Source: Polyangiales bacterium
GTDB lineage: Bacteria; Myxococcota_A; Polyangia; Polyangiales; Polyangiaceae
Assembly (NCBI GenBank): GCA_038231275.1
Contig: JBBRLQ010000045.1
Span: forward strand, 1-52,053
Direction of reading: 5' to 3'
Length of the DNA: 52,053 nt
This document shows, in pieces, positions 40,600 to 50,405 of the stretch. The first letter of the stretch is position 1. Every line of letters begins with the position of its first letter. The notes under the pieces are model-generated. The model worked only from the letters and a program-made list of their open reading frames with translations, was not told where the DNA came from and did no database searches. Position numbers and translations under genes: made by a program.

Positions 40600-41519
40600 G
40601 CACGATCGTCCTCGACGTCGACACGCTGGCCAAGACGTTCCGAAAGCCCTTCACCGGCAAGAAGGTCGAGGCCGTCCGCGGGGTGTCGTTCCAAGTTCAC
40701 GAGGGAGAGATCTTCGGCTTCCTCGGCCCCAACGGCGCCGGCAAGACGACGACGATCAAGATGCTCACCGGCCTCATCGCGCCGACGAGCGGCAAGGCCT
40801 CTCTCCTCGGCCACCCGGTGCCGTCGCCCGAGGCGATGGGCCGCGTGGGATTTTTGCCGGAGAACCCCTACGTCTACCCGTACCTCACGCCGCGCGAGTT
40901 CGTGAGCATGTGCGGGCGCCTGAACGGCATGGGAGGGCGCGGCTACTCCGAGAAGGTCGAGAAGGTGATCGCGCGCGTCGGGATGAGCGAGGCGATCGAT
41001 CGTCCGGTGCGGAATCTCTCGAAGGGCATGCTCCAGCGCGTGGGCCTCGCCGCGGCGCTCGTTCACGAGCCGGAGCTCCTCCTCCTCGACGAGCCGATGA
41101 GCGGTCTCGATCCGGTCGGCCGCAAAGAGGTGCGCGATCTCATTTTGGACGAGCGCGAGGCGGGTCGCACCGTCTTCTTCTCGAGCCACATCTTGTCGGA
41201 CGTCGAGATGCTGTGCGATCGCGTGTGCATCTTGAAGAAGGGAGAGGTCGTCGTCTCCGGCAAGATGACCGAGCTGCTCGGCGCCGGCGAGCGGCGGAGC
41301 GAGGTCGCGCTGCGTGACGTCTCCGCAGAGGTGCGCGAAGCCCTCGTGAAGCTCGGCCACGTCGTGAAGGAGATGGGGCAAGGCCTCGCGCTCGAGGTCG
41401 AGGGCGACGACAAGGTGAAAGAGGTGCTCGAGCTCGCGCTCGCCAGGGGTGCGCGCGTCGAGCACGTCACGCCGAAGCGCGAGACGCTCGAGGACGTCTT
41501 CGTCCGCCGCGCGCTCTGA
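40596..41519 (+). CDS. ABC transporter ATP-binding protein (ABC-2 exporter type)
   Basis: GPNGAGKTT, LSKGMLQR, LLLDEP, SSH; ATGA overlap with the regulator. Confidence 0.93.
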   Translation: MSTIVLDVDTLAKTFRKPFTGKKVEAVRGVSFQVHEGEIFGFLGPNGAGKTTTIKMLTGLIAPTSGKASLLGHPVPSPEAMGRVGFLPENPYVYPYLTPREFVSMCGRLNGMGGRGYSEKVEKVIARVGMSEAIDRPVRNLSKGMLQRVGLAAALVHEPELLLLDEPMSGLDPVGRKEVRDLILDEREAGRTVFFSSHILSDVEMLCDRVCILKKGEVVVSGKMTELLGAGERRSEVALRDVSAEVREALVKLGHVVKEMGQGLALEVEGDDKVKEVLELALARGARVEHVTPKRETLEDVFVRRAL

Positions 41520-41528
41520 GGGCGGCCC

Positions 41529-42427
41529 TCAGGGCTCGATCCGGAAACGCGCGGACGCCGCGAGGCGCTCGGTGTTGCCGCTCGGAGGGCGCGAGACGGG
41601 CGCGTGGAGGTGAGCACGTAAGATCCGGGCCCGAACGCGTGCGGCATCCCTCCTTGGGCCCGCAGGTTTCGGCGCTCCGCCGCCGTCAGGCCGAACGGCA
41701 GCCACGTGAAGCGACCGCGCGCGTGACCATGGGGCGCGATTTCGATGCGGGTGATCGGCGGCGTAAAGAGGCCCATCATCCCAAAGACCGCGACGTCGCC
41801 GCTCGAGGCGTCGACGTCGGCTTCCATCGCTTGCGGGGTGAAGCCTCCGAGCTCTCGTGAAGGCCCGGCGTCGATCGGCGAGCGCACGCTCGCCACCGGT
41901 GGAGCGCTCATGACGGGCGCGGGAGGCGCGACACCGGCGTCCCTCTTTCCTTTGCGACCTCCGGTCCCCTTGAGCCCGACACCGGGCTTACCGGATCCGT
42001 GGCCGATCGATCCGAACGAGATCTGCTCGTCACCGCTGCCGAACAACCCGCCCGTCACGAGCGTGATGTTGTCGAGCGCGATCGCGACCGCCGACGCCGT
42101 GCGGTTCTCGAGGTCGACGAGGATCTCCAGGCGGTCGCCTTCGCGAATCGAGGCGCTGGCGAGGGTGATGGTCAGCGTCAGCGCCCCGGGAGGGAGCTCG
42201 GGCACGGCGACGCCCGCGTCCCGGACGAGATCGCACGTCGAGTCCTTGAACGCCGCGTACAGATCGACGTCCGCGCCTTTGCACGCGGACTTGGGTCCGG
42301 CGTCGACGACGGGCTCCGGGCCCGCTTCGTTCGGGACGTCCGCGTTCTTGGGCTTGCACGCGGCGACGATCGCGAGCGCCGCGAGCGTCACGAGAAGCGC
42401 AGAGTGAACCTGCGCGCGCGTCGTCAA
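41529..42427 (-). pseudogene. hypothetical lipoprotein with probable frameshift near 41610 (pseudogene or sequencing error)
   Basis: TTG start overlaps upstream TGA; VAA-C lipobox. The frame as given runs about 450 nt into the convergent ABC gene. One extra base at ACC^TCC gives ...LHAPV...ARFRIEP* ending at TGA 41529. Confidence 0.55.
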
Positions 42428-43350
42428 AACTCGCCTTCGAGGCCCAGCACTCCGCCGCCGCGCGACGGGGCGACGAGCGGCGTGACGTTGCTCACCTTGG
42501 GGAGCGGGCGGCGACGCGTCTCGTCGACGTATGGCACGTACGTGTACTGTGCATGCACGATGCCGGCGACCGCGGTGATCGCGAACGCGACGTTGAGGAC
42601 GCCGTTCACGACCGACGCGGTGTTCGCGCGCTCGCGGTACGTCTTCAACGGATCGGCGTTCGGATCGGTGCCGTAGTAGTTCAGGCCGCGACCGCGGTTG
42701 TAGACGTAGAACGGGAAGGCGACCGCGGCGCCGACCAGCAGCGCGACCTCGGTGCCGAGGAAGACCGCGCCGAGCGTCTTCTGTCCGTTCTGGAACTGCC
42801 CGACCCCGAACGGCAAGAGCGCGATCCACCGCGAGTGGTTGTCGCGAATCTTCTCCTCGGTGGCCATCTGCTCGATGAGGCGCAAGCGCTCGGCGGTCCG
42901 GCGCTTCTCCTCTTAGTCCTTCGCGCGACGCGCCGCTTGCTGGCGCGCCTGCTCGGCCTTCGCCGCGTTGATCTTGTCGATGATGCGCTTGCGCGTGTCG
43001 ATGAAGGCGTCGCGCACGTCGCTCGAGAAGCTGAGCGGATCGGGCTCGAAGCTCGGATCGTCTTCGACGAGGAGCTTCTCGAATTGACCGGAGGCCTCTT
43101 GCGGGTTCTTGCGCGCCAGCATCGTCGCCGCCCAGTACATGCGCGCCTGCGCGCGGAGGGCGGGCTCGCGGAGGGTGCCGCTGTCGTCGTTGAGCATCGA
43201 CCACAAGCGTCGATCGGCGTCGTCGTAGTTCTTCGCCTCGTACGCGGCGCGCGCCTTCTCGAGATCGGTCTGATCGTCGGCGCGCGCGGGGGCCGCGGCG
43301 AGCGCGCCGAGGAGGAGCACGAGCACGGAGACGCGGTGGCGGAAAGGCAT
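42424..43350 (-). pseudogene. secreted TPR-like protein with C-terminal TM segments, interrupted by in-frame TAA at 42913-42915
   Basis: Signal peptide ARA-D; TPR-like helices; ...RRAKD*EEKRRTAERLRLIEQ... continues in the same frame to LLPFGVGQFQNG. Confidence 0.75.
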
Positions 43351-43397
43351 GCGACGGCCCCAAGAGGATACGGGAGAACCGGCCGTTTTGCCTATTT

Positions 43398-45284
43398 CTA
43401 CGGGGCGTCGGTGAAGACGGCGCGCGACGGCTGTCCGGCGGAGAACGTCACCGGGAGCTCGCGCTCGGCCTTGCCGTCGGGGCCCAGCTGCGCGACGTGG
43501 AACGTCTCGCTCTTGCGGTTGAGCGGGACCTCGATGGCGGCGGCGTTGGCGTGCGGGTTGAGCTGAGGGAGCTCCGTGATCACGAACGTCTTGTTCGGAT
43601 CGCCGACGATCGTGAGGCGCGCCGGCTTGATCTTGAGCTCGATCTCCACGTTCTCGTCCGCCTCGCCCACCCCGACGTTGCGCGTCTGCGGTTTGCAGAG
43701 ATCCTCGATGCACGAGAAGACGAGCGCGTGAGGCTTCGTGTCGAGGGTGATGGTCTTGCCGCTCGAGGCCTCGGTCGCCGGATCGCCGTCGACCGCGACG
43801 AGGACGCCCGCGACCGGGCGGATCTTGAGGAGGGTGATCGTGCGCCGCGCGGACGAGGGGGAAGGCGTGGAGGCGGCGGGCTTCACGATCGTGGTCGGCA
43901 GGGGAATTGCGATCGTCGCCGACGGCGGCGTCGAGGGTGGCGGCTCGACGCGAACGACGGGGACGATCGACGGATCGGGACGGACGACGTGGATCGGGGG
44001 ATCGCCGCTCGTGATCGGGTGCGTCTTGAACGCGCTCGTGAGGAAGAACGCGAGCACGCCGAGCGCCAGGGCGCCCACCACGCCCGGCAGGACCTTGCGC
44101 ATCATCCGCGCGCGCGCCTCGGCGCGGTGCATGCCGGTCACGATCTTGAGGAGCTGCGCGTCGTCCGGCGCGTACGCGAGGGCGCGGTTGTAGTCGGCGG
44201 CGGCCGCGAGGACCTTGCCCTCGCGGCGCGCGACGCTGCCGAGCTCGCACAAGCGAGCGATCATCCGCTTTTTGTGGGCCGCCGTGAACCCCTCGGGATC
44301 GTCGAACCAGGCCTCCAGCTCGGCGCGCGGCGCGGTGATGCCGACGCGACGGAGCTCCGCGGAGAGCGCGTCCTTGAGCTCGCCGGTGCTCGGGTAGCGG
44401 TCGTCGGCCTGGCGCGCGAGCGCACGATCGAGGATGGCGCTGAACGCCTTGCCGATCTCGGGACGCTCGCGCTCGCCGGACGCATACGCGCCGTCGAGGA
44501 CCCTACGGAGGACCTGCGCGGGGTTGTTCCCCTCGAACGGCAGGTGGCCGACCATGCACTCGTAGAGGAGGACGCCCATCCCGAAGACGTCGGCGCGCGC
44601 GTCCACGTCGCCGCCCTCGATCTGCTCGGGCGCCATGTGTGCGGGGCTACCCAGCACCTGCCCCGTCGACGTGACGCCCTGCGCGTCGAGGAGCTTCGCG
44701 ATCCCGAAGTCCGTCAGCTTCACGATGACGCGCTCGCCCGGCGTCTCTCCCGACGCGGGCGGACGGGCGCTCGGCGTGCTCGGCGTGACGCTGCCGGGCG
44801 GAGGCGCCGTCGCGCCAGGCGAGGCGCGGTGCTCGAGGATCACGTTCTCGGGCTTCACGTCACGATGCACGACGCCCGCGGCGTGGGCATGACCGAGCGC
44901 GCTGAGCAGCTCGAGGCCGAAGGCCGCCGCGATCTCGGGCGGGATGGCGCCGTGATCGCGCAGCAGCTTGCGGAGCGTCTGCCCGCGCAAGAGCTCGACG
45001 ACGAGGTACTGCTCCCCCTCGTCCTCGCCCGACACGTCGAACACCTCCACGATGTTCGGGTGGCGCAGCTTCGCGACCGCCTTCGCCTCGACGAAGAAGC
45101 GAGACTGCACCTCTTTGGAGTCGCGCAGGTGCGGATGGATCACCTTTACCGCCACGTCGCGCGCGAGACGCTTGTCGTGCGCACGGTACACCGTGGCCAT
45201 GCCCCCATGACCGAGCTCTTCGAGCACCTCGTACTTCGCCAAGCTCGGAAGCCGGCGCGAGGTGGGGCTGCTCGTCGCCGCCAT
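43398..45284 (-). CDS. transmembrane Ser/Thr protein kinase with extracellular beta domain
   Basis: GHGGMA, VAVK, HRDVKPEN, DFG, GSPAHMAPE; TM helix; start ATG 45284. Confidence 0.93.
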   Translation of the reverse strand: MAATSSPTSRRLPSLAKYEVLEELGHGGMATVYRAHDKRLARDVAVKVIHPHLRDSKEVQSRFFVEAKAVAKLRHPNIVEVFDVSGEDEGEQYLVVELLRGQTLRKLLRDHGAIPPEIAAAFGLELLSALGHAHAAGVVHRDVKPENVILEHRASPGATAPPPGSVTPSTPSARPPASGETPGERVIVKLTDFGIAKLLDAQGVTSTGQVLGSPAHMAPEQIEGGDVDARADVFGMGVLLYECMVGHLPFEGNNPAQVLRRVLDGAYASGERERPEIGKAFSAILDRALARQADDRYPSTGELKDALSAELRRVGITAPRAELEAWFDDPEGFTAAHKKRMIARLCELGSVARREGKVLAAAADYNRALAYAPDDAQLLKIVTGMHRAEARARMMRKVLPGVVGALALGVLAFFLTSAFKTHPITSGDPPIHVVRPDPSIVPVVRVEPPPSTPPSATIAIPLPTTIVKPAASTPSPSSARRTITLLKIRPVAGVLVAVDGDPATEASSGKTITLDTKPHALVFSCIEDLCKPQTRNVGVGEADENVEIELKIKPARLTIVGDPNKTFVITELPQLNPHANAAAIEVPLNRKSETFHVAQLGPDGKAERELPVTFSAGQPSRAVFTDAP

Positions 45285-45434
45285 TCTCCCAGTGTACTCG
45301 ATCGTGCGTGCCGCTGGGCTGGGAAGCCCTTCCCCCATCGTCACGATCGTGACCGACCCGGTGGCACGGCCCGGAGATCGCACGAAAAAGGCCCTAAAGA
45401 TTTCACGCCAGGGGTCGTTTTCCGATCACAGCCA

Positions 45435-48400
45435 ATGCTCCGACGCTCGCTTTCAGCCATCTCGATTGCCATCGGCGGGCTTCTCTTCGGCTGCTCCGTC
45501 GCAGATCGCCCCAACGGGCTGAGCGGGGGCGGAGACCGGCCGTCGCCCCTCCCTGGAACGACCTGTGGAACGCCGAGCGACGGCTGCGCGTGCGAGAACG
45601 ACGGCGAGGTCGTTCGGTGCGGTGAGGTGGTGAGGCGTTCCGGTGACTACGTCGCGTGCTCCGAAGGAAAACGCCTGTGCCTGAACAAAGTGTGGGGCGC
45701 GTGCGTCGGCGACTCGATCGCCACCAAGACGGTGCCCTCGTCGGGCCTTCACGCGCTCGGCCTCGGCACCTCCCAGGTCTGCACCCAGAATCCGTGTGAC
45801 CCCTATTGCAGCTCCATCACCGACAACGCGTCCGACCTCGACGCCGGCCCCGGGTGGAGCACGAGCGACGCCGGGCTGACCCTCACGGGGACGAATCCGC
45901 CGCAGCTCGCGCACTGCACCGGGGTGACCGTCAGCCCCAGCGCGCAGTCCGTCACGATCACCGCGCTGTCGCCCGTCATCCAGACGAGCCCGGCGAGCGT
46001 TGCGTACACGGCTTCGCTCGTCCCTGCAGGGTGCTTCAACGGACCGTTCCAGGTCTCGTGGGACATCGACAAGTTCGATCGCGCCGTCATGGGCTCGTCG
46101 ACCTCGTCGACCACCCTGAAAATCTTGGACCCGCTCGCCGGCACCATCAACATTGTGGCGTACGTCGGCACGATGACCGCCATCGCTTCGGCGAGCGTCG
46201 TCGTCGCGACGGACGAGACGGGCCTCGCCCCCTCGGGCACCGGCGGCTCGTTCACCGGCGCCGGCTCGTCGATCGACACCGATTTGAGCATCCTCTACCC
46301 CTACGATCGCACGGTGTACCCGGTCGCGATCGGCGCGCCGCTCGTGCAGTGGAGCAACGGAGGCGTCGCGGCCGCGGCGGTGAAGATCGGGCTCCGCTAC
46401 CCCACCACCGGCGCCGCGCTCTTCCGCTGGTCGTCGATCGTGCCGGAGGGTAGCCCCGCGTCGTTCCAGATCCCCCAATACGCATGGGCGGCGCTCGACG
46501 AGATCGCGCGAGGCGACGACGTCCAGCTCTCCGTGCAGCGCCTCGTCGGCGCGACGCTTCGGAATGAGAAGGACATCACGATCCACTTCTCGCCCCTCGG
46601 CCTTCGCGGGCAAATCTTCTACACCGACTACAGCTCCACCGCCGACGTCCGAACGTTCAAGCCGGGCTCGCGCTCCGCGACGAACGTGAGCGCGTATCCC
46701 GCGGGCGCGGCGACCGGCTGCAACAACCCCTGTCACACGGTGTCGTCCAACGGGAAGCGACTCGTGACATCGAACTGGTACAACGACTGGGGCGTCTCCA
46801 AGATCAACGCGGACGGCACCACCACGGCGATCGCGGCGTCGCCGAACTCGGCGTCCGGCTGGGACTCTCGCGGGTTCGCGTACGCGGCGGTCACTCCGGA
46901 CGGGATGTACGCCCTGCAGACGGCGAACTGGTGGGGCAATACCACCGACTGGTCCGTCGGCGGGGACAGCGGCAATCACTGGCTGGGCAGCCAGCTCCAG
47001 ATTTGGCAGCTCTCCGACACGCCGGGCACGGCCCCGGTCGACGTCTCGGGCGGCACCGCATGGGGGTTGGGGAGCGCCGCGCTGATGGTGCCGAGCTTCT
47101 CACCGGACGGCACGAAGCTGCTGGCGCTCGACGGCGACCGCACCTACGGAGCCGCGTGGCGTCAGGGCCTGGACGTCTGGGATTTCGACTCTTCGAGCAA
47201 CCGCTTCTCGAATCCGCACGGCTTCGCGAACCGCATCGCCGCGAGCGAGTACGTCCGCTGGCCGTCGTTCGAGAGCGACTCGCGCAGCGTCATGTTCCAG
47301 ACGAACCCGACGAACGCGGACGACGCGAGCTACGGCGGGATGCTGCCCTCGGGCTTCCACACGATCGCGGGGAAGCTGTATTCAGTCGACTCCCAGACCT
47401 CGAACGCGCCCGTGGTGCTGGACAACATCAACGTCGGCCTCGGCGGGTCCGACGCGAACCTCAGCTACCAGCCCACGATGCTGCCGATTTCCGTCGGCGG
47501 CTACCGGTGGGCGGTCTTCACGTCGGCGCGACGCTACGGCAATACGCTCAACAACTCCGGAACGCTGACGACGCAGCTGTGGGTGTCGGCCCTCGACGAC
47601 CAAGTGAGCGGCGCGAGCGATCGCAGCCATCCCCCCTTCTGGCTCCCCGGGCAGACGCTCGGCGACAACGGCGGCAACCGCCACATCAACGAGCGCGGAT
47701 ACTGGGTGCTCGACGCGTGCAAGAGCGCAGGCACGACTCCGGCGAGCGCGTGCACGTCGAACGAGGAGTGCTGCGGCGGCGTCGCCTCTCCGGCCACCGC
47801 GATCTGCCGAATCGACCAGCCCGCGCAGACCGGCTCGACCGACGCCGTCTGGATCGAGGACGCGCTGCCTTCGGGAGCGAACCCCGCGACGACGAACGAG
47901 AGCTGGCTCTGGATTCCGCAGAGCCCCGCGCCTGCGTTCGGGTCGGCGGCCACCAAATCGAACAACGCAGCGGGCGAGCACCAACACTACTTCTACGGCG
48001 CCTCCTCGCAGATGTCCGTGGCGGTCGGCGATCGACTCTACGCGTACGTCTATCTCGATCCCGCGACGCCGCCGAGCGAGGTGATGCTCCAGTGGCACGA
48101 CACGTCCGGGAGCTGGGAGCACCGCGCGTACTGGGGCGCGGACTCCGTCGGATTCGGCAATAGCGGAACCACGAGCCGTGCCTACCAGGGCGCGGCGCCG
48201 CTGACGGGTCAGTGGGTCCGGCTCGAAGTCCCGGCGAGCGCCGTCGACATGGAGGGGCGCACCGCCGACGGGATGGCGTTCACGCTCTACGGGGGCCAGG
48301 CATCGTGGGATCACGCCGGCAAAGTGGTCGGGGGCGCCGACAACACGTGGGTCGAGGACGCGGTGCCGGCCGGCGCGACGACCGCCGCTGACGGCGGCGA

Positions 48401-49343
48401 CGGGTGGTCATGGATTTCGGCGGTGCCGAGCATCCCGTTCGGCCTGAACGCGCACAAGAGCTCGAGCTACGGCGGCGTTCATCAACACTACTTCACCGAT
48501 GCGGCGCAGACCCTCTCGTTCAACGGCGGAGAGAGCGCGTTCACGTACGTCTGGCTCGATCCCACGGACACGCCTACGGAGGTCATGCTCCAGTTCCACG
48601 ACACCAGCGGGAGCTGGGAGCATCGCGCGTATTGGGGCGCCAACGCCGTCGGCTGGGGGAGCGATGGAACGGTGTCGCGCCACTCGATGGGTGCGCTCCC
48701 CGCGACCGGACAGTGGGTCCGCCTCGAGGTGCCCGTCGAAGCGATCGGCCTCGCGGGGGCGACGATCGACGGGATGGCCTTCACGTTGAACGACGGCGTG
48801 GCCGCGTGGGACCACTCGGGCAAGACGACGCCGTACGTCCTATCGAAGCACTGCGCGTCGATCACGCCGCCCGTCTGCGCGCCGGTCGGCACCGCATGCC
48901 TCGCCGACTCGAACTGCTGCGGCTTCCCGAGCGACAAATGCATCTCCGGCCTCTGCACGGCGCCGACGCTCCCGCTCGCGTACGCCACGGCGACCTACAC
49001 CCGCGACTACAGCGCGCGCTGTCCCTCCTCGACGCAGGTGACGTGGCGCTTCTTCGACTGGCAGACGGTGACGCCGGGAGACTCGAAGCTCGTGTTCTCC
49101 GCGCAGTCGGGCCCCGATCCGTCGGCCCTCTCTCCCGCCGTCCTCCTGGGGACGGCGAGCGGCGCGCCCGTCACCAACTGGTCGGGCATCGACGTCTCGA
49201 CAGCGTTCGACGGAAATTCGCCGCCTGTTCCCTCCGACACCATCCTTCAGGTCTCCATCGACTTCTACCCGACGTCGGACGGCCAGCAGGCGCCGACGCT
49301 CGTGGGGTGGCGTGCGTCGTACGACTGCGTTCCCTACCGGTGA
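45435..49343 (+). CDS. large Cys-rich secreted lipoprotein, head/tail family member P3 (Ig-like + TolB-like propeller + 2 tandem modules)
   Basis: LFG-C lipobox; head CSEGKRLCLNKVWGAC...NPCDPYC; PSFSPDG/WPSF propeller motifs; HPPFWLPGQ; tail APTLVGWRASYDCVP. Confidence 0.88.
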   Translation: MLRRSLSAISIAIGGLLFGCSVADRPNGLSGGGDRPSPLPGTTCGTPSDGCACENDGEVVRCGEVVRRSGDYVACSEGKRLCLNKVWGACVGDSIATKTVPSSGLHALGLGTSQVCTQNPCDPYCSSITDNASDLDAGPGWSTSDAGLTLTGTNPPQLAHCTGVTVSPSAQSVTITALSPVIQTSPASVAYTASLVPAGCFNGPFQVSWDIDKFDRAVMGSSTSSTTLKILDPLAGTINIVAYVGTMTAIASASVVVATDETGLAPSGTGGSFTGAGSSIDTDLSILYPYDRTVYPVAIGAPLVQWSNGGVAAAAVKIGLRYPTTGAALFRWSSIVPEGSPASFQIPQYAWAALDEIARGDDVQLSVQRLVGATLRNEKDITIHFSPLGLRGQIFYTDYSSTADVRTFKPGSRSATNVSAYPAGAATGCNNPCHTVSSNGKRLVTSNWYNDWGVSKINADGTTTAIAASPNSASGWDSRGFAYAAVTPDGMYALQTANWWGNTTDWSVGGDSGNHWLGSQLQIWQLSDTPGTAPVDVSGGTAWGLGSAALMVPSFSPDGTKLLALDGDRTYGAAWRQGLDVWDFDSSSNRFSNPHGFANRIAASEYVRWPSFESDSRSVMFQTNPTNADDASYGGMLPSGFHTIAGKLYSVDSQTSNAPVVLDNINVGLGGSDANLSYQPTMLPISVGGYRWAVFTSARRYGNTLNNSGTLTTQLWVSALDDQVSGASDRSHPPFWLPGQTLGDNGGNRHINERGYWVLDACKSAGTTPASACTSNEECCGGVASPATAICRIDQPAQTGSTDAVWIEDALPSGANPATTNESWLWIPQSPAPAFGSAATKSNNAAGEHQHYFYGASSQMSVAVGDRLYAYVYLDPATPPSEVMLQWHDTSGSWEHRAYWGADSVGFGNSGTTSRAYQGAAPLTGQWVRLEVPASAVDMEGRTADGMAFTLYGGQASWDHAGKVVGGADNTWVEDAVPAGATTAADGGDGWSWISAVPSIPFGLNAHKSSSYGGVHQHYFTDAAQTLSFNGGESAFTYVWLDPTDTPTEVMLQFHDTSGSWEHRAYWGANAVGWGSDGTVSRHSMGALPATGQWVRLEVPVEAIGLAGATIDGMAFTLNDGVAAWDHSGKTTPYVLSKHCASITPPVCAPVGTACLADSNCCGFPSDKCISGLCTAPTLPLAYATATYTRDYSARCPSSTQVTWRFFDWQTVTPGDSKLVFSAQSGPDPSALSPAVLLGTASGAPVTNWSGIDVSTAFDGNSPPVPSDTILQVSIDFYPTSDGQQAPTLVGWRASYDCVPYR
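47850..48824 (+). repeat. tandem duplication of a ~160-aa module within P3 (period 498 nt)
   Basis: Both copies: W.ED..P.GA...HQHYF...YV.LDP...P.EVMLQ.HDTSGSWEHRAYWG...GQWVRLEVP...DGMAFTL...WDH.GK. Confidence 0.92.
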
Positions 49344-49348
49344 GGCTG

Positions 49349-50392
49349 ATGAATACGTTCCCGTTTGCAACACACCGATCGATCTCCGCGAGGCCGCTGT
49401 CGCTCGGCGCGACGTTGATGGTGATCCTGACGAGCGCGTGCTCCGATCATCCGCACGCCACCAGCGGCGCCAGCGTGACGTACGCCGGGACGGGAAGCGT
49501 GCCCGCGGCCCCCGCGACGCCGCCTACGCGCAAGGGGACCAACGCCGCAGATGCGATCCCGGACGCGGGCCCATCGCCGTCCGGACCGAACTTCACCGAC
49601 GTGGACGCCGGCGCGTTTCTTTGCAACCCGGCGGCGCGTTGGAGCGCGGGGAAAGGTGTGACGGGGCTACCCGCGGGCGCTCATGCCGTCGCGTTCTCGG
49701 TTACGCCCGACGAACTCTGCGCGGCGTGGGTCGACGATGCGGGCGACCTGCACGTGGCCGATCGCGCGACTCGCGGCGACACCTTCGGCCAAGACAAGAT
49801 CCTCGCGTGGCCACCCCACGCTTCCCCGCCCGCCTTCTCGCTCAGCGACGACGGGCTTCGGCTCGCCTTCGTGAAGCCCGACGCGAAGGGCTTCTCCGAG
49901 ATCACCCGCACATCGCGCCAGGCGGACTTCGACGACGGCGCGGACGCCGCGTTCGCGCTCGTGAACCAGTGGGTCGTGTCGCTCGGGGCGACCGTAAGCG
50001 ATCCTGCATTCGGCGCCGACGGCGATACGTTCTTCTATTCGCAGTTCGGCGGCCAGGTCACGGTCAGCGAGTCGCGCCGCGCTCGGGCCGGCGCAGACGT
50101 CGCGTGGCCCGCCGGCAGCCCGCGCGGAGGACCGCCCGTCTCCCCCGTCCAGATGGACGCCACGACCTTCTATCGTCACCCCGTCTCGTCCTCGGCAGAC
50201 GGGCTGACGCTGTTCATCTGCGACGACTACCCGACGGCCCCTACCGCGCGCGCGGTCTACCGCACGAGCCTCGGCGGCGAGCTGCGCCTCTCCGTCGAGC
50301 TCGGCAGCTGGAGCTCGGTTCATCCGAACGCAGCGTGCACGCGCCTCTACTACGTCGAGGGCGGCCGGCTGACGTTCTCGGACCGAATCTAG
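49349..50392 (+). CDS. lipoprotein, probable beta-propeller (PD40-like), co-transcribed with P3
   Basis: 5 nt after P3 stop; TSA-C lipobox; repeated SVTPDEL / SLSDDGL / FGADGD / SSADGL blades. Confidence 0.75.
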   Translation: MNTFPFATHRSISARPLSLGATLMVILTSACSDHPHATSGASVTYAGTGSVPAAPATPPTRKGTNAADAIPDAGPSPSGPNFTDVDAGAFLCNPAARWSAGKGVTGLPAGAHAVAFSVTPDELCAAWVDDAGDLHVADRATRGDTFGQDKILAWPPHASPPAFSLSDDGLRLAFVKPDAKGFSEITRTSRQADFDDGADAAFALVNQWVVSLGATVSDPAFGADGDTFFYSQFGGQVTVSESRRARAGADVAWPAGSPRGGPPVSPVQMDATTFYRHPVSSSADGLTLFICDDYPTAPTARAVYRTSLGGELRLSVELGSWSSVHPNAACTRLYYVEGGRLTFSDRI

Positions 50393-50405
50393 CCCTCCTC
50401 CGGCC

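Noticed and set aside
45362..45378. TGGCACG upstream of P3 as a sigma-54 promoter
   Set aside because: Perfect -24 box but no GC at the -12 position.
43497..45434. N-terminal 646 aa of the 1948-aa ORF, suggesting a giant protein
   Set aside because: Antisense to the Ser/Thr kinase; the real protein starts with a signal peptide at ATG 45435.
47850..48824. Duplicated segment as a DGR template/variable repeat pair
   Set aside because: Both copies are in-frame coding domains with mixed substitutions, not adenine-specific; no reverse transcriptase nearby.
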